Positions 48,277 to 57,106 of a DNA stretch of 64,000 nucleotides are shown piece by piece. How positions within the stretch are numbered: position 1 is the first letter of the stretch; every line of letters starts with the position of its first letter. The notes beneath the pieces were generated by a model. It saw only the letters and a program-made list of their open reading frames with translations, had not been told where the DNA came from and did not search any database. Made by a program: the position numbers and the translations under genes. This DNA comes from an uncultured bacterium (GTDB lineage Bacteria > Omnitrophota > Omnitrophia > Omnitrophales > Aquincolibacteriaceae), in assembly GCA_964482725.1 (NCBI GenBank), contig CAYZYT010000001.1, positions 86,318 through 150,317 on the forward strand, given 5' to 3'.

Positions 48277-48561
48277 TTAAAGTACCGCGGCACTGCTTCC
48301 TGCCGTCGACCCGGTCCGGGCCGGTTTTTCGAATCTCGCCTTCTCCTGAGCATAGGCTTCGCTGGAAGCCGAAGAGGAGGAGGAAGAGGAAGAAGCCATT
48401 TGCTTCGCCTTGCGGGCGGCAAGCGCTGTTCTTGCCGCGCGGATACCGAAGATGGCATAAGCCGACGGTATTTCCAAAAGGAACGCCATGGCCATGAGCC
48501 AAATGATCATTCTAAAAAAATTCTTCATCATAAGCCGTGTTCTCCTTTGGGTGACAGTCAC
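48277..48561 (-). CDS. Hypothetical small membrane protein with a poly-Ser tract
   Basis: MMKNFFRMIIWLMAMAFLLEIPSAYA... followed by an SSSSSSSSASS run. It may be spurious. Confidence 0.3.
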   Translation of the reverse strand: MTVTQRRTRLMMKNFFRMIIWLMAMAFLLEIPSAYAIFGIRAARTALAARKAKQMASSSSSSSSASSEAYAQEKARFEKPARTGSTAGSSAAVL

Positions 48562-48566
48562 CTTTT

Positions 48567-49706
48567 TTACGGTTTGCCGGCAGGATAATACTTTACCGGA
48601 AGCGGACCGAACTCTTTGGCCTCCGCGGTCACGTCACGATATCCCGCGGGCATTTCTGCCGGGATCGTCATGATCCCCTTGGCCTGGGCGAGGGCCTTTG
48701 TCACATCGACCATGCGCCAATCTTTATTGGCGTAGGTATGGAAATAAAACCTTTTTCCGGAAAGGTCCGCAACGACGGCCCATTGGGTTTGGTCGTAGAC
48801 CGGCTCCTTACCGCTCATGTCACGGACTGAACCGATCGGGATATCGATATTGTTGATGATCGTCATCGCGAGATTGAGACCTTCTTCCGCCCCAGTCACG
48901 GGAAGCGATGAATGCACCAGTGCCACCATGCGAACGAACCGGGACGGCGGAGTGTAATCCCCCGGAAGCCCCAACATCCCTGATCCCTGGCCAAAACCGG
49001 ATTGCTTCAATCCTTCGACCGTGAAAGGCTTCGGGTTCGCCGCAGAGAGATTGGCATAATTACGAAGATTGGTCAGATGCCAATCAAACGGCGGCGAGTT
49101 GGTCATCACGCCAAGCGGGTTGTCATAGACCTTGAGTTCACCATTCACATATTCGATGACGATCGAATCCCCTTTTGAATCATGAACGGTATAATGAAGC
49201 GGTAGCTTGCCGACCAGCGCCTCAGGCCCCTTGGAGACGCGAATATTTTTGATGGCTTCTTTCACTTCACCGACCGTAGCGAAATTCGACAAGATCCAGG
49301 TGATCACTTCATACTGAGCGATCGTGCTGGAAGCCTGGGCCGGATCGAATGTCTGGTATCCGGCGTATCCGGGGAACATAAGATTCCCGGCGGCCAATCC
49401 CGCATCGTTCATCCCGTCACTGATCACGGGCAGACCGTACGTATTCATCCCGACCATTCCGTATTTCGTGGTCCACGCGAGGCCGGCTTGAGTGCCATCC
49501 GTCAATGTTCCCTGATATTTCGTTCCTTGGGGGATCACGGACACCGAAGAGTGGAAGAGTTCCCCGCCTTCCATCGTCCGCGCATAAAACACGAGGCCGT
49601 CCGCTGTTTTCACACGAAGACTGGTGCAAGCGCTCGCGCACGGCACGAGCCCCATGCACACTACCATGACTCCACAAAGGATTTTGATCGTCGTCGTCTT
49701 CTTCAT
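48567..49706 (-). CDS. Choloylglycine hydrolase / linear amide C-N hydrolase (Ntn, peptidase C59 family), paralogue 1
   Basis: The signal peptide ends ...CASA-CTSLRV, exposing the N-terminal nucleophile Cys. The body fits the CBAH / penicillin V acylase family. Confidence 0.75.
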   Translation of the reverse strand: MKKTTTIKILCGVMVVCMGLVPCASACTSLRVKTADGLVFYARTMEGGELFHSSVSVIPQGTKYQGTLTDGTQAGLAWTTKYGMVGMNTYGLPVISDGMNDAGLAAGNLMFPGYAGYQTFDPAQASSTIAQYEVITWILSNFATVGEVKEAIKNIRVSKGPEALVGKLPLHYTVHDSKGDSIVIEYVNGELKVYDNPLGVMTNSPPFDWHLTNLRNYANLSAANPKPFTVEGLKQSGFGQGSGMLGLPGDYTPPSRFVRMVALVHSSLPVTGAEEGLNLAMTIINNIDIPIGSVRDMSGKEPVYDQTQWAVVADLSGKRFYFHTYANKDWRMVDVTKALAQAKGIMTIPAEMPAGYRDVTAEAKEFGPLPVKYYPAGKP

Positions 49707-49730
49707 AAGTGTTCCCTTTATTTTACAGTC

Positions 49731-50831
49731 TTATTTGATAGAGTCCGTAATGTCGATGGCCGGCTGATCGATAAAGCTTGAGAAAAGCACAGGCCCGATC
49801 TTTTTTTTCTGCGCGAAAAGCTTATTCAAATCGATGAGTAAATAATTCAGCCGGTGGGCATAGTCGGAGACAAAAATCTTGTTATTTTTGAGGTCTTTGA
49901 TGAGGGTGATCTGCGCCGTCTCCAGCATGGCCTGGCCCTCGTAATCGCCGGAATTGACCGACCCTTTTGGGATATCCACGGTATTGATGATGTGCCCGGC
50001 AAGAGAATACGCTTCTTCCGCCGTATCAACGGGAGCCGCAAAAGAACGGAGCAGGCTTACCTTCACAAATCTGGATGCCGATTTGAAATCCCCGGGAAGT
50101 CCCGTCATCCCGTCGCCGGTGCTGAGTTCTTTTAAGGCATATCCGTCTCGCTCCAACGAAACCATGTCTTTAGGGTTCAGCGTCATATAATTCCGGAGGT
50201 TCGTAAGATGCCAATCATACGTGGGGCTGTTGGTCATCGTATGCGTAACGTTATCATGGATATTCAGCTTGCCCTTCACGTACTCCACAACGATTCCCGC
50301 ACCCGTCCTGTCAGTGATCGCGAAATGGAGCGTAGCACTTCCCTGGGCCGACACCGCAGGTGTCCAGACGGTGCATTTCGGCAAAGCTGCCCGGACTTCC
50401 TGAACCGTCGCAAAGTTCCCCATGATCCAGTCTCCCAGATCCGCCAAAGACACAACAGTTTTGTCTTCGGGCGTCACTGTCTGGAATTCAGTGAATCCCG
50501 GCAAATTCAATCCTTCCATATTAAGCCCGGCTTCGTTCTGAGCGGAATCGAGCCCCTGTTGAACGGTCACGCCCACTCCGGCATAGGCATATTGGCTCAT
50601 CCACGACGTAGGTTTAAAATCTTTCGCCACCTTGTCAGCAGGATAGCTCGCCGTAAAAGTTTCGCCCTTGGGCACCACCACAAAAGTGTACTCCATGGGA
50701 AATCCCCATTCGATCGTGCGCCCGATCACAACGCTGCCGTCTTTTGCTTCCACATCGACAAAAGTACAGGCGCTGACGCACGGCGCCAAAGCTATGCATA
50801 ACGACATTATTAAACCCATGATCTTTTTCAT
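49731..50831 (-). CDS. Choloylglycine hydrolase / linear amide C-N hydrolase family, paralogue 2
   Basis: The signal peptide ends ...CVSA-CTFVDV. Its length and motifs parallel the adjacent paralogue (NLRNY, GDY..SRFV). Confidence 0.75.
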   Translation of the reverse strand: MKKIMGLIMSLCIALAPCVSACTFVDVEAKDGSVVIGRTIEWGFPMEYTFVVVPKGETFTASYPADKVAKDFKPTSWMSQYAYAGVGVTVQQGLDSAQNEAGLNMEGLNLPGFTEFQTVTPEDKTVVSLADLGDWIMGNFATVQEVRAALPKCTVWTPAVSAQGSATLHFAITDRTGAGIVVEYVKGKLNIHDNVTHTMTNSPTYDWHLTNLRNYMTLNPKDMVSLERDGYALKELSTGDGMTGLPGDFKSASRFVKVSLLRSFAAPVDTAEEAYSLAGHIINTVDIPKGSVNSGDYEGQAMLETAQITLIKDLKNNKIFVSDYAHRLNYLLIDLNKLFAQKKKIGPVLFSSFIDQPAIDITDSIK

Positions 50832-50854
50832 AAATTTCCTTTTTCTTTCTCCGG

Positions 50855-51385
50855 TTATATTTTCTTTTTCTCAAACCATACAAATGCCGACAAGATCACC
50901 AGAGCGATGACGGGAATAATGATCCAAGCCGAGATCCCGAAGGCTTCGGGCAACCCGATCGTACCGAAATCTTTCCACGCAAGAACTGTGGATTGAAAGA
51001 AAGGAAAAAGCGCGGCAAAAATTCCCCCGCCCAAGAGCATCCCCAGGAGTGCAAAAATGGCATGCCACCGACCCTCCGCGACCGCAGCCCCGGAAGTCCC
51101 CGGGCAAAAACCCATGAATGGCAACCCGATCCCAAAAAGAACGCCGCCCCATAAAACGCCTCCCACATTCATGGGTTTGTGCGCGAAAGAAATCATGCCA
51201 AGATCTGCGAAAATCCAGATCCCCACCATACCCACCAGAACAGCGGCAAGCAAGAATTTGATCACCGCCGCGTCCTTGAGGAGTAATGCGTTGATCACTT
51301 TTTCAAAACGAAGGATGTGCGCTTTCTGCAAAAGAACTCCGAAAAAGATCCCCGTGATCAGGCCCAAAATCTGCGTCAGACTCAT
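50855..51385 (-). CDS. YeeE/YedE-family (sulfur/thiosulfate transporter-like) membrane protein, half-size unit B
   Basis: Four TM helices with a conserved GFCPG-type Cys loop. It overlaps the upstream half-gene by 4 nt. Confidence 0.65.
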   Translation of the reverse strand: MSLTQILGLITGIFFGVLLQKAHILRFEKVINALLLKDAAVIKFLLAAVLVGMVGIWIFADLGMISFAHKPMNVGGVLWGGVLFGIGLPFMGFCPGTSGAAVAEGRWHAIFALLGMLLGGGIFAALFPFFQSTVLAWKDFGTIGLPEAFGISAWIIIPVIALVILSAFVWFEKKKI

Positions 51386-51942
51386 TGGGGTTTCCTCCCG
51401 TAAACAATGCGGGCAACGAGGGCGGCCACAACAAAGAATGCCATGAAGAACACAAACCCGCTCGCGGACAGTTGCATCATGCCGCTAAGAGCGTTGCCGC
51501 TGGGGCAGCCGTCCGCCAGACGCGTCCCGATCAAACAGATCACGGCGCCCAGGAATGCCGCGAGGGCCCGCTTGACGATCGAAGATCCGAACTTTTCCTT
51601 CCACAGAACCGGCAGGCTTTCGGCCTTAAAACTTTTCCCGGCCAACGAAGAGATCCACGCCCCGATCACAATACCGATCACGATCATGAATTCCCAATCG
51701 ACGGTGAGACCGAGCTTATGGTAATAGGCATTGGCTTCCACATAAGCCGGGAAAAAAGGTCTTAGGATAAAACCCGAAGCGCGTGCATAAGTCGTCGATG
51801 CCCCGAGATATTTTGAAGACCCGAGAAAAAGATCCGTAACCACGGCCGCCACGATCGACAGAATTCCAACCAAGGCTCCGGCAAAATAGGGATTCCATGC
51901 ACCGTCTTCTGTTTTAAACCGTATTCTCGAAGATGAAGCCAT
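51382..51942 (-). CDS. YeeE/YedE-family membrane protein, half-size unit A
   Basis: The motif TRLADGCPSGNALSG carries the conserved GC-x-SG Cys motif of the YeeE/YedE sulfur-transport family. Confidence 0.65.
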   Translation of the reverse strand: MASSSRIRFKTEDGAWNPYFAGALVGILSIVAAVVTDLFLGSSKYLGASTTYARASGFILRPFFPAYVEANAYYHKLGLTVDWEFMIVIGIVIGAWISSLAGKSFKAESLPVLWKEKFGSSIVKRALAAFLGAVICLIGTRLADGCPSGNALSGMMQLSASGFVFFMAFFVVAALVARIVYGRKPQ

Positions 51943-51983
51943 GGATTTTTCCTCCGCCGTATATGAGTTGGCTTTAAAAATAG

Positions 51984-52802
51984 TTAATAAAAAAAACCAA
52001 TGCGCGCTTCCATCTTGAATTCATAGGTCGTATAGAATTGGGCCAGTTCCCCGCTGTGGTACATCGGAAATCCGAGCTCCACCGAGAAAACGGCCTTTTG
52101 GGGAATGGTTTTTCCGATCGCGATGTCGAACGGCACGAAGACGGCACCCTTGTCCTGGAAATTGATCTGAAGATCGGGCGAAGGAAATGCGGTGATGAAC
52201 CAGTGACGCGGGAGCATCCAGTTCACCATGGGCGCCATTTCGAGCGTGCTGATGTGACTCCTCTTGGAAGAGCCCGCATAGTCGCCAGCATACCGCATGA
52301 GGAAAGCTGCAAAGCTTCCGTTGCTTATTCCGGGAAGCGACCTGCGAACGCCCAGGGTGGGCACGATCTGGTATTTCCCGTCGCCCATCTGATCGGTACC
52401 TGCCGTCGGAAAAACGAACTGGGTGCCGGCCGCAGCCGCCCATTGGTCGTTAAATTTCCTAGCCAGAAGTATCTGAGCGAGAATATCTCCCAACCCGAAC
52501 CGAAGCGCTCCGTTCGGCTCATCCGCGGTCACCTTATTGGTAAGGTCAGAAGGAAGATCGACGCGAAGCCCGATCCCCCAGAAATCGTTCATCACGATCG
52601 GATAGTCAGAGCGGAGAGTAAAGATATTCTTGGAGCGTCCTTCTTTCAGAAGCTGATACTGGTAACGAGCGTCGACGCGGGAGAGCGGGCGTGTGATGTC
52701 CTGACCATTGTTGATCTGCCGGTTCCCGCCGACTTCTGCGGCAAAAGCGGCGGCGGAAAGGACCAAGCTAAGAAGCGCTAGAAGAAGGGTTCTTTTGAGC
52801 AT
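51984..52802 (-). CDS. Outer-membrane beta-barrel protein (transporter-like family)
   Basis: Signal peptide (MLKRTLLLALLSLVLSAAAFA). Beta-strand periodicity. An aromatic C-terminus (...ARIGFFY). Confidence 0.55.
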   Translation of the reverse strand: MLKRTLLLALLSLVLSAAAFAAEVGGNRQINNGQDITRPLSRVDARYQYQLLKEGRSKNIFTLRSDYPIVMNDFWGIGLRVDLPSDLTNKVTADEPNGALRFGLGDILAQILLARKFNDQWAAAAGTQFVFPTAGTDQMGDGKYQIVPTLGVRRSLPGISNGSFAAFLMRYAGDYAGSSKRSHISTLEMAPMVNWMLPRHWFITAFPSPDLQINFQDKGAVFVPFDIAIGKTIPQKAVFSVELGFPMYHSGELAQFYTTYEFKMEARIGFFY

Positions 52803-52913
52803 ATCTTATGGTCGAAATTATACCGTAAAAAAAATAATCGCCTAAAGAAAATACGCTCTAAAAAAGCGCACCAACGGCAAATCGCCCTCTTTGATTTTAG
52901 TCCCAATTCTTAT

Positions 52914-52945
52914 CAATTTCAGAGCGTCTGAAATTGGGGCAATCC
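52914..52945. promoter_or_regulatory. Conserved palindromic element, copy 3 (CAATTTCA-N7-TGAAATTG-GGGCAATCC), in a divergent intergenic region
   Basis: Direct reading: caatttca gagcgtc tgaaattg gggcaatcc. Locally it is the extended palindrome AATTTCAGA-gcg-TCTGAAATT. Confidence 0.6.
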
Positions 52946-53020
52946 CTGTCTCCATTTAATAAAAAAATAAGACAGGGATAGGGCTATCTGCCGATACAAT
53001 ATCCATAGGCGGTCGTTCAG

Positions 53021-53166
53021 AGCTCAAGACTTATGGGGCGGGAACATCAAAAGAAAAGGCTTGCCCCGTTAGAGTCTTAAACCACTCAAAGCGGGAGTTG
53101 AAAAAATAAAAGTTGATCTTAATCAGAAATTTCAGATAACAGCTCAAGACTCTAACGGGGGAACAC
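53021..53166 (+). promoter_or_regulatory. Structured 5' leader of gene 53167..53523. A 15-bp perfect inverted repeat sequesters the RBS, and an upstream near-copy offers an alternative pairing. Candidate riboregulator or attenuator.
   Basis: CCCCGTTAGAGTCTT at 53064..53078 is exactly complementary to AAGACTCTAACGGGG at 53146..53160, and the latter overlaps the GGGGGA RBS. A direct repeat of the right arm (AGCTCAAGACTTATGGGGCGGGAACA at 53021..53046) lies upstream and can also pair imperfectly with the middle arm. Confidence 0.45.
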
Positions 53167-53523
53167 ATGAAAAAATATCTTCTGGCGTTTGGGGTGGTTG
53201 CATTGGCCTTGATAAGCTTGGTCTCTACATCGCGGGCCGCCGAGGACAACGCTTTCACAAAATTCGGACGCGGCATGGCCAACATCGTGATCTCCCCCGG
53301 AGAGCTTTACACACAACCGCTATTGCTTTCGAAAAATAACGATGCCCCTGTCGCCATTTTCGGAGGACTACTCAAAGGAACAGCGATATTTCTCGCCCGG
53401 GAAGGGGTGGGAATCTATGAAGTGCTCACGTTCCCCTTTCCGATGCCAAAGGGATACCGGCCGATCATTGAGCCCGCCACAACCTTCACGGATTGGGATA
53501 CCCGCAAGCCCCAGAACGGATAG
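53167..53523 (+). CDS. Small secreted protein. It resembles the exosortase-associated TIGR04073 family.
   Basis: Signal peptide (MKKYLLAFGVVALALISLVSTSRA). The motifs FTKFGRGMANIVISPGELY and GIYEVLTFPFPMPKGY match my recollection of this small-protein family. The family assignment is tentative. Confidence 0.45.
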   Translation: MKKYLLAFGVVALALISLVSTSRAAEDNAFTKFGRGMANIVISPGELYTQPLLLSKNNDAPVAIFGGLLKGTAIFLAREGVGIYEVLTFPFPMPKGYRPIIEPATTFTDWDTRKPQNG

Positions 53524-53814
53524 CGAACATCAAACGCACCCATCAAGTGCTTAGGCTGGGATAATTCCTGATATGATTAGGAGGCCCTGAGAAACCGGCT
53601 ATACTGCCTTTCTCAAAGGGGGTGATTCCATTGGGTAATAAGAGCAATTCGACCAGAGAGAAAAAAAAGAAAAAAGGCGCCTTCAAAGGCAAAAAGAAAT
53701 AAAGCTACAAAAGTGGCGGTTATTCAAACGACCCGCTTGAAAAAGAAATGATAAATTTGGGCTGTCCCTGGATGGCCGCCACTTGAACCCTACCCGAGAA
53801 AGCGCCCTCCCTCT

Positions 53815-54228
53815 TTAATAACCCCAGGGACCCCACGGGCCCCAGACGCCCCAATTGAACATGGTTTCGTTGTTCAGCTCCGCCGTTGTTTCCTGTTCGT
53901 CGGCAAGCTCTGTCTGGTAAACCATTTTCTGATAGTCCTGGTAATTTTTCTCTGTGCCGACATAAACACACTGACAGACCTCGGCATCCGCATAAACATA
54001 CATGACCTGACCCCCTTGGGTATGCGGGATCAGCTTTCGCTGCGGCATACTTTGGACATTCGCCATTTGTTCCGGCGTCTGGGCTTGCTTCATCTGAAAA
54101 CCCGCCGCCGCAAGAGTCTCCTCTTTGGATCTGGCGTTACTATCCCGTATCGTCTGGCAGCCGGTCAGTGCGACCAGGGCACAGACGATCCAAAGGCCTA
54201 TCGAAACTTTCCGTTTTAAGAAAACCAT
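53815..54228 (-). CDS. Lipoprotein, hypothetical
   Basis: ATG at 54228 with a GAGGGG RBS. Lipobox LTGC (MVFLKRKVSIGLWIVCALVALTGCQ). C-terminal WGVWGPWGPWGY aromatic repeat. Confidence 0.5.
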   Translation of the reverse strand: MVFLKRKVSIGLWIVCALVALTGCQTIRDSNARSKEETLAAAGFQMKQAQTPEQMANVQSMPQRKLIPHTQGGQVMYVYADAEVCQCVYVGTEKNYQDYQKMVYQTELADEQETTAELNNETMFNWGVWGPWGPWGY

Positions 54229-54283
54229 AATCCCCTCTTTCCTGTAATATTGCGGTGAATGGCGCGCCACAGGCCCCTTCGCC

Positions 54284-55528
54284 TTATCGCTTCTTCAGTT
54301 CGGCAACCTCTTTTTTCAACACGTTGATCTGCTGTTGCTGTTCCTTAATCGCTTCGATGAGTGGCGGGATAAGTCCATTATATTCTACTAATTTCAGCCC
54401 ATGTTTATCAGACCCGACAATTTCAGGAAAAACCTTTTCCACTTCTTGAGCAATCACTCCCATTTGTAGTGATACACCTCGGTTTTCGTCTTTCCAGTGG
54501 TAGGTTACTCCGCGCAGGTCACAGACCTTTTTAAGAGCCTCAGGAATAGTAGCGATGTCTTTTTTAAGGGAAATGTCAGAAGTGTACTTTGTCACCCCAT
54601 TCACCATCACAGTCGCTGCAACAAGGTCGATCACTCCGGTAACACCATTTATGTGAGGTCCAATATAGATTGAATCATTAGCGCCACCATTACCGCTATT
54701 TACGGTCAAAACAGTTTCGCATCCTGACGTTAGGGATCCTGGATTTGCGGAATACAATTTACCTCGGCCCGGTCCAAAAAAAATAGCTCCATCAACATCG
54801 AGCAGCCCCTCTGGAGCCAAAGTCCCGACACCAACGCTACCGCCCCCAGGGTTTAGAAGAAGGGCCTTCGCCGTTCCAACACCCCCCCATGCCTGCAATC
54901 TTCCATACTCTGCCACGCCAGCATCATACCGATAACCAATTTCAAGTCTGCCGCTATTGGCATCCGAACTGCGAACATGGAGCTGTTGCGCAGCAATGTC
55001 GTCAGGGCCACTCACCACAAGCCTGACGACAGTTGGCGAAGTAAAAGGAAGCACCCCGATGCCGATATTACCGTCAGATGAGATGCGCATGGCTTCATTG
55101 GCTGCATCACTAAGGCTTCCCGATTTCCAGACTTTGAATGAGATCGCGCCTGTTTTATTGTTTGTGGAGCCGGTCAGAAAGTCGATCCCTGCGATGGCGG
55201 AGTTCTTATCGGTCCCGGCACGCCATGCGCCCACAATAGAATCTGTTCCCACATCCTCGTTTCGGAAGAGCTCTATAAAAGAAGCACGGCCAAGCGAATT
55301 AATGGTCAGACCCCGCCCGCCGTAGCCGGCATAATTCGGAGTGGTCGTCCCGATACCGACACTCCCGGAGGTAGTGGCAAAGTAAGCGTTTTCTGTCGTG
55401 CTTAAAGTTTGATACTCCCCCATCGGCGCGGGGTAGTAGGTCGTCAGTTCAACCTTCCCCGCAAAAGCGGAAGAGACCATCGCTAAAAACAAAACGCTCC
55501 AGCCGTATAAAATAATCTTTTTAACCAT
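54284..55528 (-). CDS. Secreted tail-fibre-like protein with a C-terminal peptidase S74 / intramolecular-chaperone (endosialidase chaperone) domain
   Basis: ATG at 55528 (MVKKIILYGWSVLFLAMVSSAFA). Gly/Ser/Thr-rich beta-rich body. The C-terminus SDISLKKDIATIPEALKKVCDLRGVTYHWKD...GVIAQEVEKVFPEIV...LIEAIKEQQQQINVLKKEV matches the S74 autoproteolytic chaperone domain found in phage tail fibres and tailspikes. Confidence 0.7.
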   Translation of the reverse strand: MVKKIILYGWSVLFLAMVSSAFAGKVELTTYYPAPMGEYQTLSTTENAYFATTSGSVGIGTTTPNYAGYGGRGLTINSLGRASFIELFRNEDVGTDSIVGAWRAGTDKNSAIAGIDFLTGSTNNKTGAISFKVWKSGSLSDAANEAMRISSDGNIGIGVLPFTSPTVVRLVVSGPDDIAAQQLHVRSSDANSGRLEIGYRYDAGVAEYGRLQAWGGVGTAKALLLNPGGGSVGVGTLAPEGLLDVDGAIFFGPGRGKLYSANPGSLTSGCETVLTVNSGNGGANDSIYIGPHINGVTGVIDLVAATVMVNGVTKYTSDISLKKDIATIPEALKKVCDLRGVTYHWKDENRGVSLQMGVIAQEVEKVFPEIVGSDKHGLKLVEYNGLIPPLIEAIKEQQQQINVLKKEVAELKKR

Positions 55529-55657
55529 AGGGAAACCTTTCCGTTTCTGTTTTTTCCTAGCATCCGTGCGCTGCACAGAGGACCCTCGCTTGACCTGCGC
55601 CATTCCAAATTTTAACTTTGCCGGCTATCGCCCTGAAGAGTAACTCTCGAAGAACGT

Positions 55658-56914
55658 TCAAAGAGCGCCGGTGTCTTTCCCCTCACGGACAAGCGGGCTG
55701 CCGGCGAGCGGAGTAAAATCCCGGAGCGTCGCCGCAGGGCCAAAGTTTTTGGCTCCTGAAAAAAGCTGCGCGTAATTATTGTTCGTTCCGCTGGTGAATT
55801 GAACCATGACGTTATCCTGGAAGACCGTTCCCGTATCTCCCTCGGTATCGTAATAAGTGAGAACATTGTAGCGGACGATCGCATTCGTCGTTCGGACAAG
55901 CTCTAACCGAGGATAGGTCCTCCAATTGGCGATATCCCCCAGCCAGTCCGCAAGGACCGTGTTATGTTGAATGATCAATCCGGACGCCACATCGTAGACT
56001 GTGATCCCCTGCATTTTCCCGTTATAGATCACGTTTCGTTCGATCAGAATGTCTCTCCCCACGTAAAGCCCGCTGTCGCTCTTGGTTTCGATAAAAATAC
56101 TTTGCATGGAATCGCCCGTGCCCCGCAACATGACGTTGCCGCGGATCACAATATCGGTCATATCTTTGGTGGCGGTCGAATTCCAGAATTGAATAAAATC
56201 CATATGATCCGGTCGAGCCCCCGTAAGGACGGGATGGAAACTTGTGAAGAGATTATTTTCCACAAGCACATGCGACGCGCTCTGGAACGCGACGCCATCG
56301 CAGCGGATATTTTTAAAGGTGTTGTCCCGGACGATGACGTGATCGGTGTCGTAAAAAGTTCCTCCGATATAAAGATCATGCAAGACATTACCTTCGAAGC
56401 GGACATCCTGCGTAAGGCTCGTCCCGAAACCACGCACATCGTTATTGTAAATGCCGTCCACGCTTCCATAGAACTCTGAATCCAGGACTTCAAGGTGTTT
56501 CGAATTCTTGACGTAAAAGGCGCGGGTGTAGTCGGTGTCAGTGGGCAAGCGGTCGTGATGAATCACCACACCCCGGAATCGCACGTAGCTGACGTTGGTA
56601 AGATGGAGGGTGTCGAAAACGGCGCGACGGACCGGATCTTCGGAACGGATCGTGACGTAGCTTGTGTATTGTTTGTTGCTGAAATCGATCGGGGCATAAT
56701 TCCCCGCCGCGAGCACGATCTCTTCGCCTCCGGTCGCACGATTCAGCGCGTTTACAAGCTCTGGACTGGTCGTCACACGGACCGTGGACGGGGTAGAAAC
56801 CCGAGACCCGGAGGATACGTCATGGGCCGCAACGCCGAGTGGGACGGTCTGCAATAAAACAAGGCTAAGGGCAAAAAAAACAACGCCGGCCTTTTGCGCA
56901 TTTCGTGGTTTCAT
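55658..56914 (-). CDS. Secreted right-handed parallel beta-helix (pectin-lyase-fold) protein
   Basis: ATG at 56914 with a GGGAG RBS (the ORF track extends to 56992). Signal peptide (MKPRNAQKAGVVFFALSLVLLQTVPLGVAA). Repeating beta-helix rungs (NVLHDLYIGGTFYDTDHVIVRDNTFKNIRCDGVAFQSASHVLVENNLF). Confidence 0.65.
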   Translation of the reverse strand: MKPRNAQKAGVVFFALSLVLLQTVPLGVAAHDVSSGSRVSTPSTVRVTTSPELVNALNRATGGEEIVLAAGNYAPIDFSNKQYTSYVTIRSEDPVRRAVFDTLHLTNVSYVRFRGVVIHHDRLPTDTDYTRAFYVKNSKHLEVLDSEFYGSVDGIYNNDVRGFGTSLTQDVRFEGNVLHDLYIGGTFYDTDHVIVRDNTFKNIRCDGVAFQSASHVLVENNLFTSFHPVLTGARPDHMDFIQFWNSTATKDMTDIVIRGNVMLRGTGDSMQSIFIETKSDSGLYVGRDILIERNVIYNGKMQGITVYDVASGLIIQHNTVLADWLGDIANWRTYPRLELVRTTNAIVRYNVLTYYDTEGDTGTVFQDNVMVQFTSGTNNNYAQLFSGAKNFGPAATLRDFTPLAGSPLVREGKDTGAL

Positions 56915-57106
56915 TCTTCCCAACTCCCGCCATAACTTCTTATGAACTCTATTCGTCTCAAGTGAAACAACACGGATGATTGACTTCGCCATTTCAAATT
57001 TTCTGATTATAGCCCTTGAGAAATGAACTGCCTAGAAAGAATCGGAAAACAGCCTCCGGGAGACGCCCCGAGCGCTACGCCTATTTTGCATTCCACGCTC
57101 CAGGCT

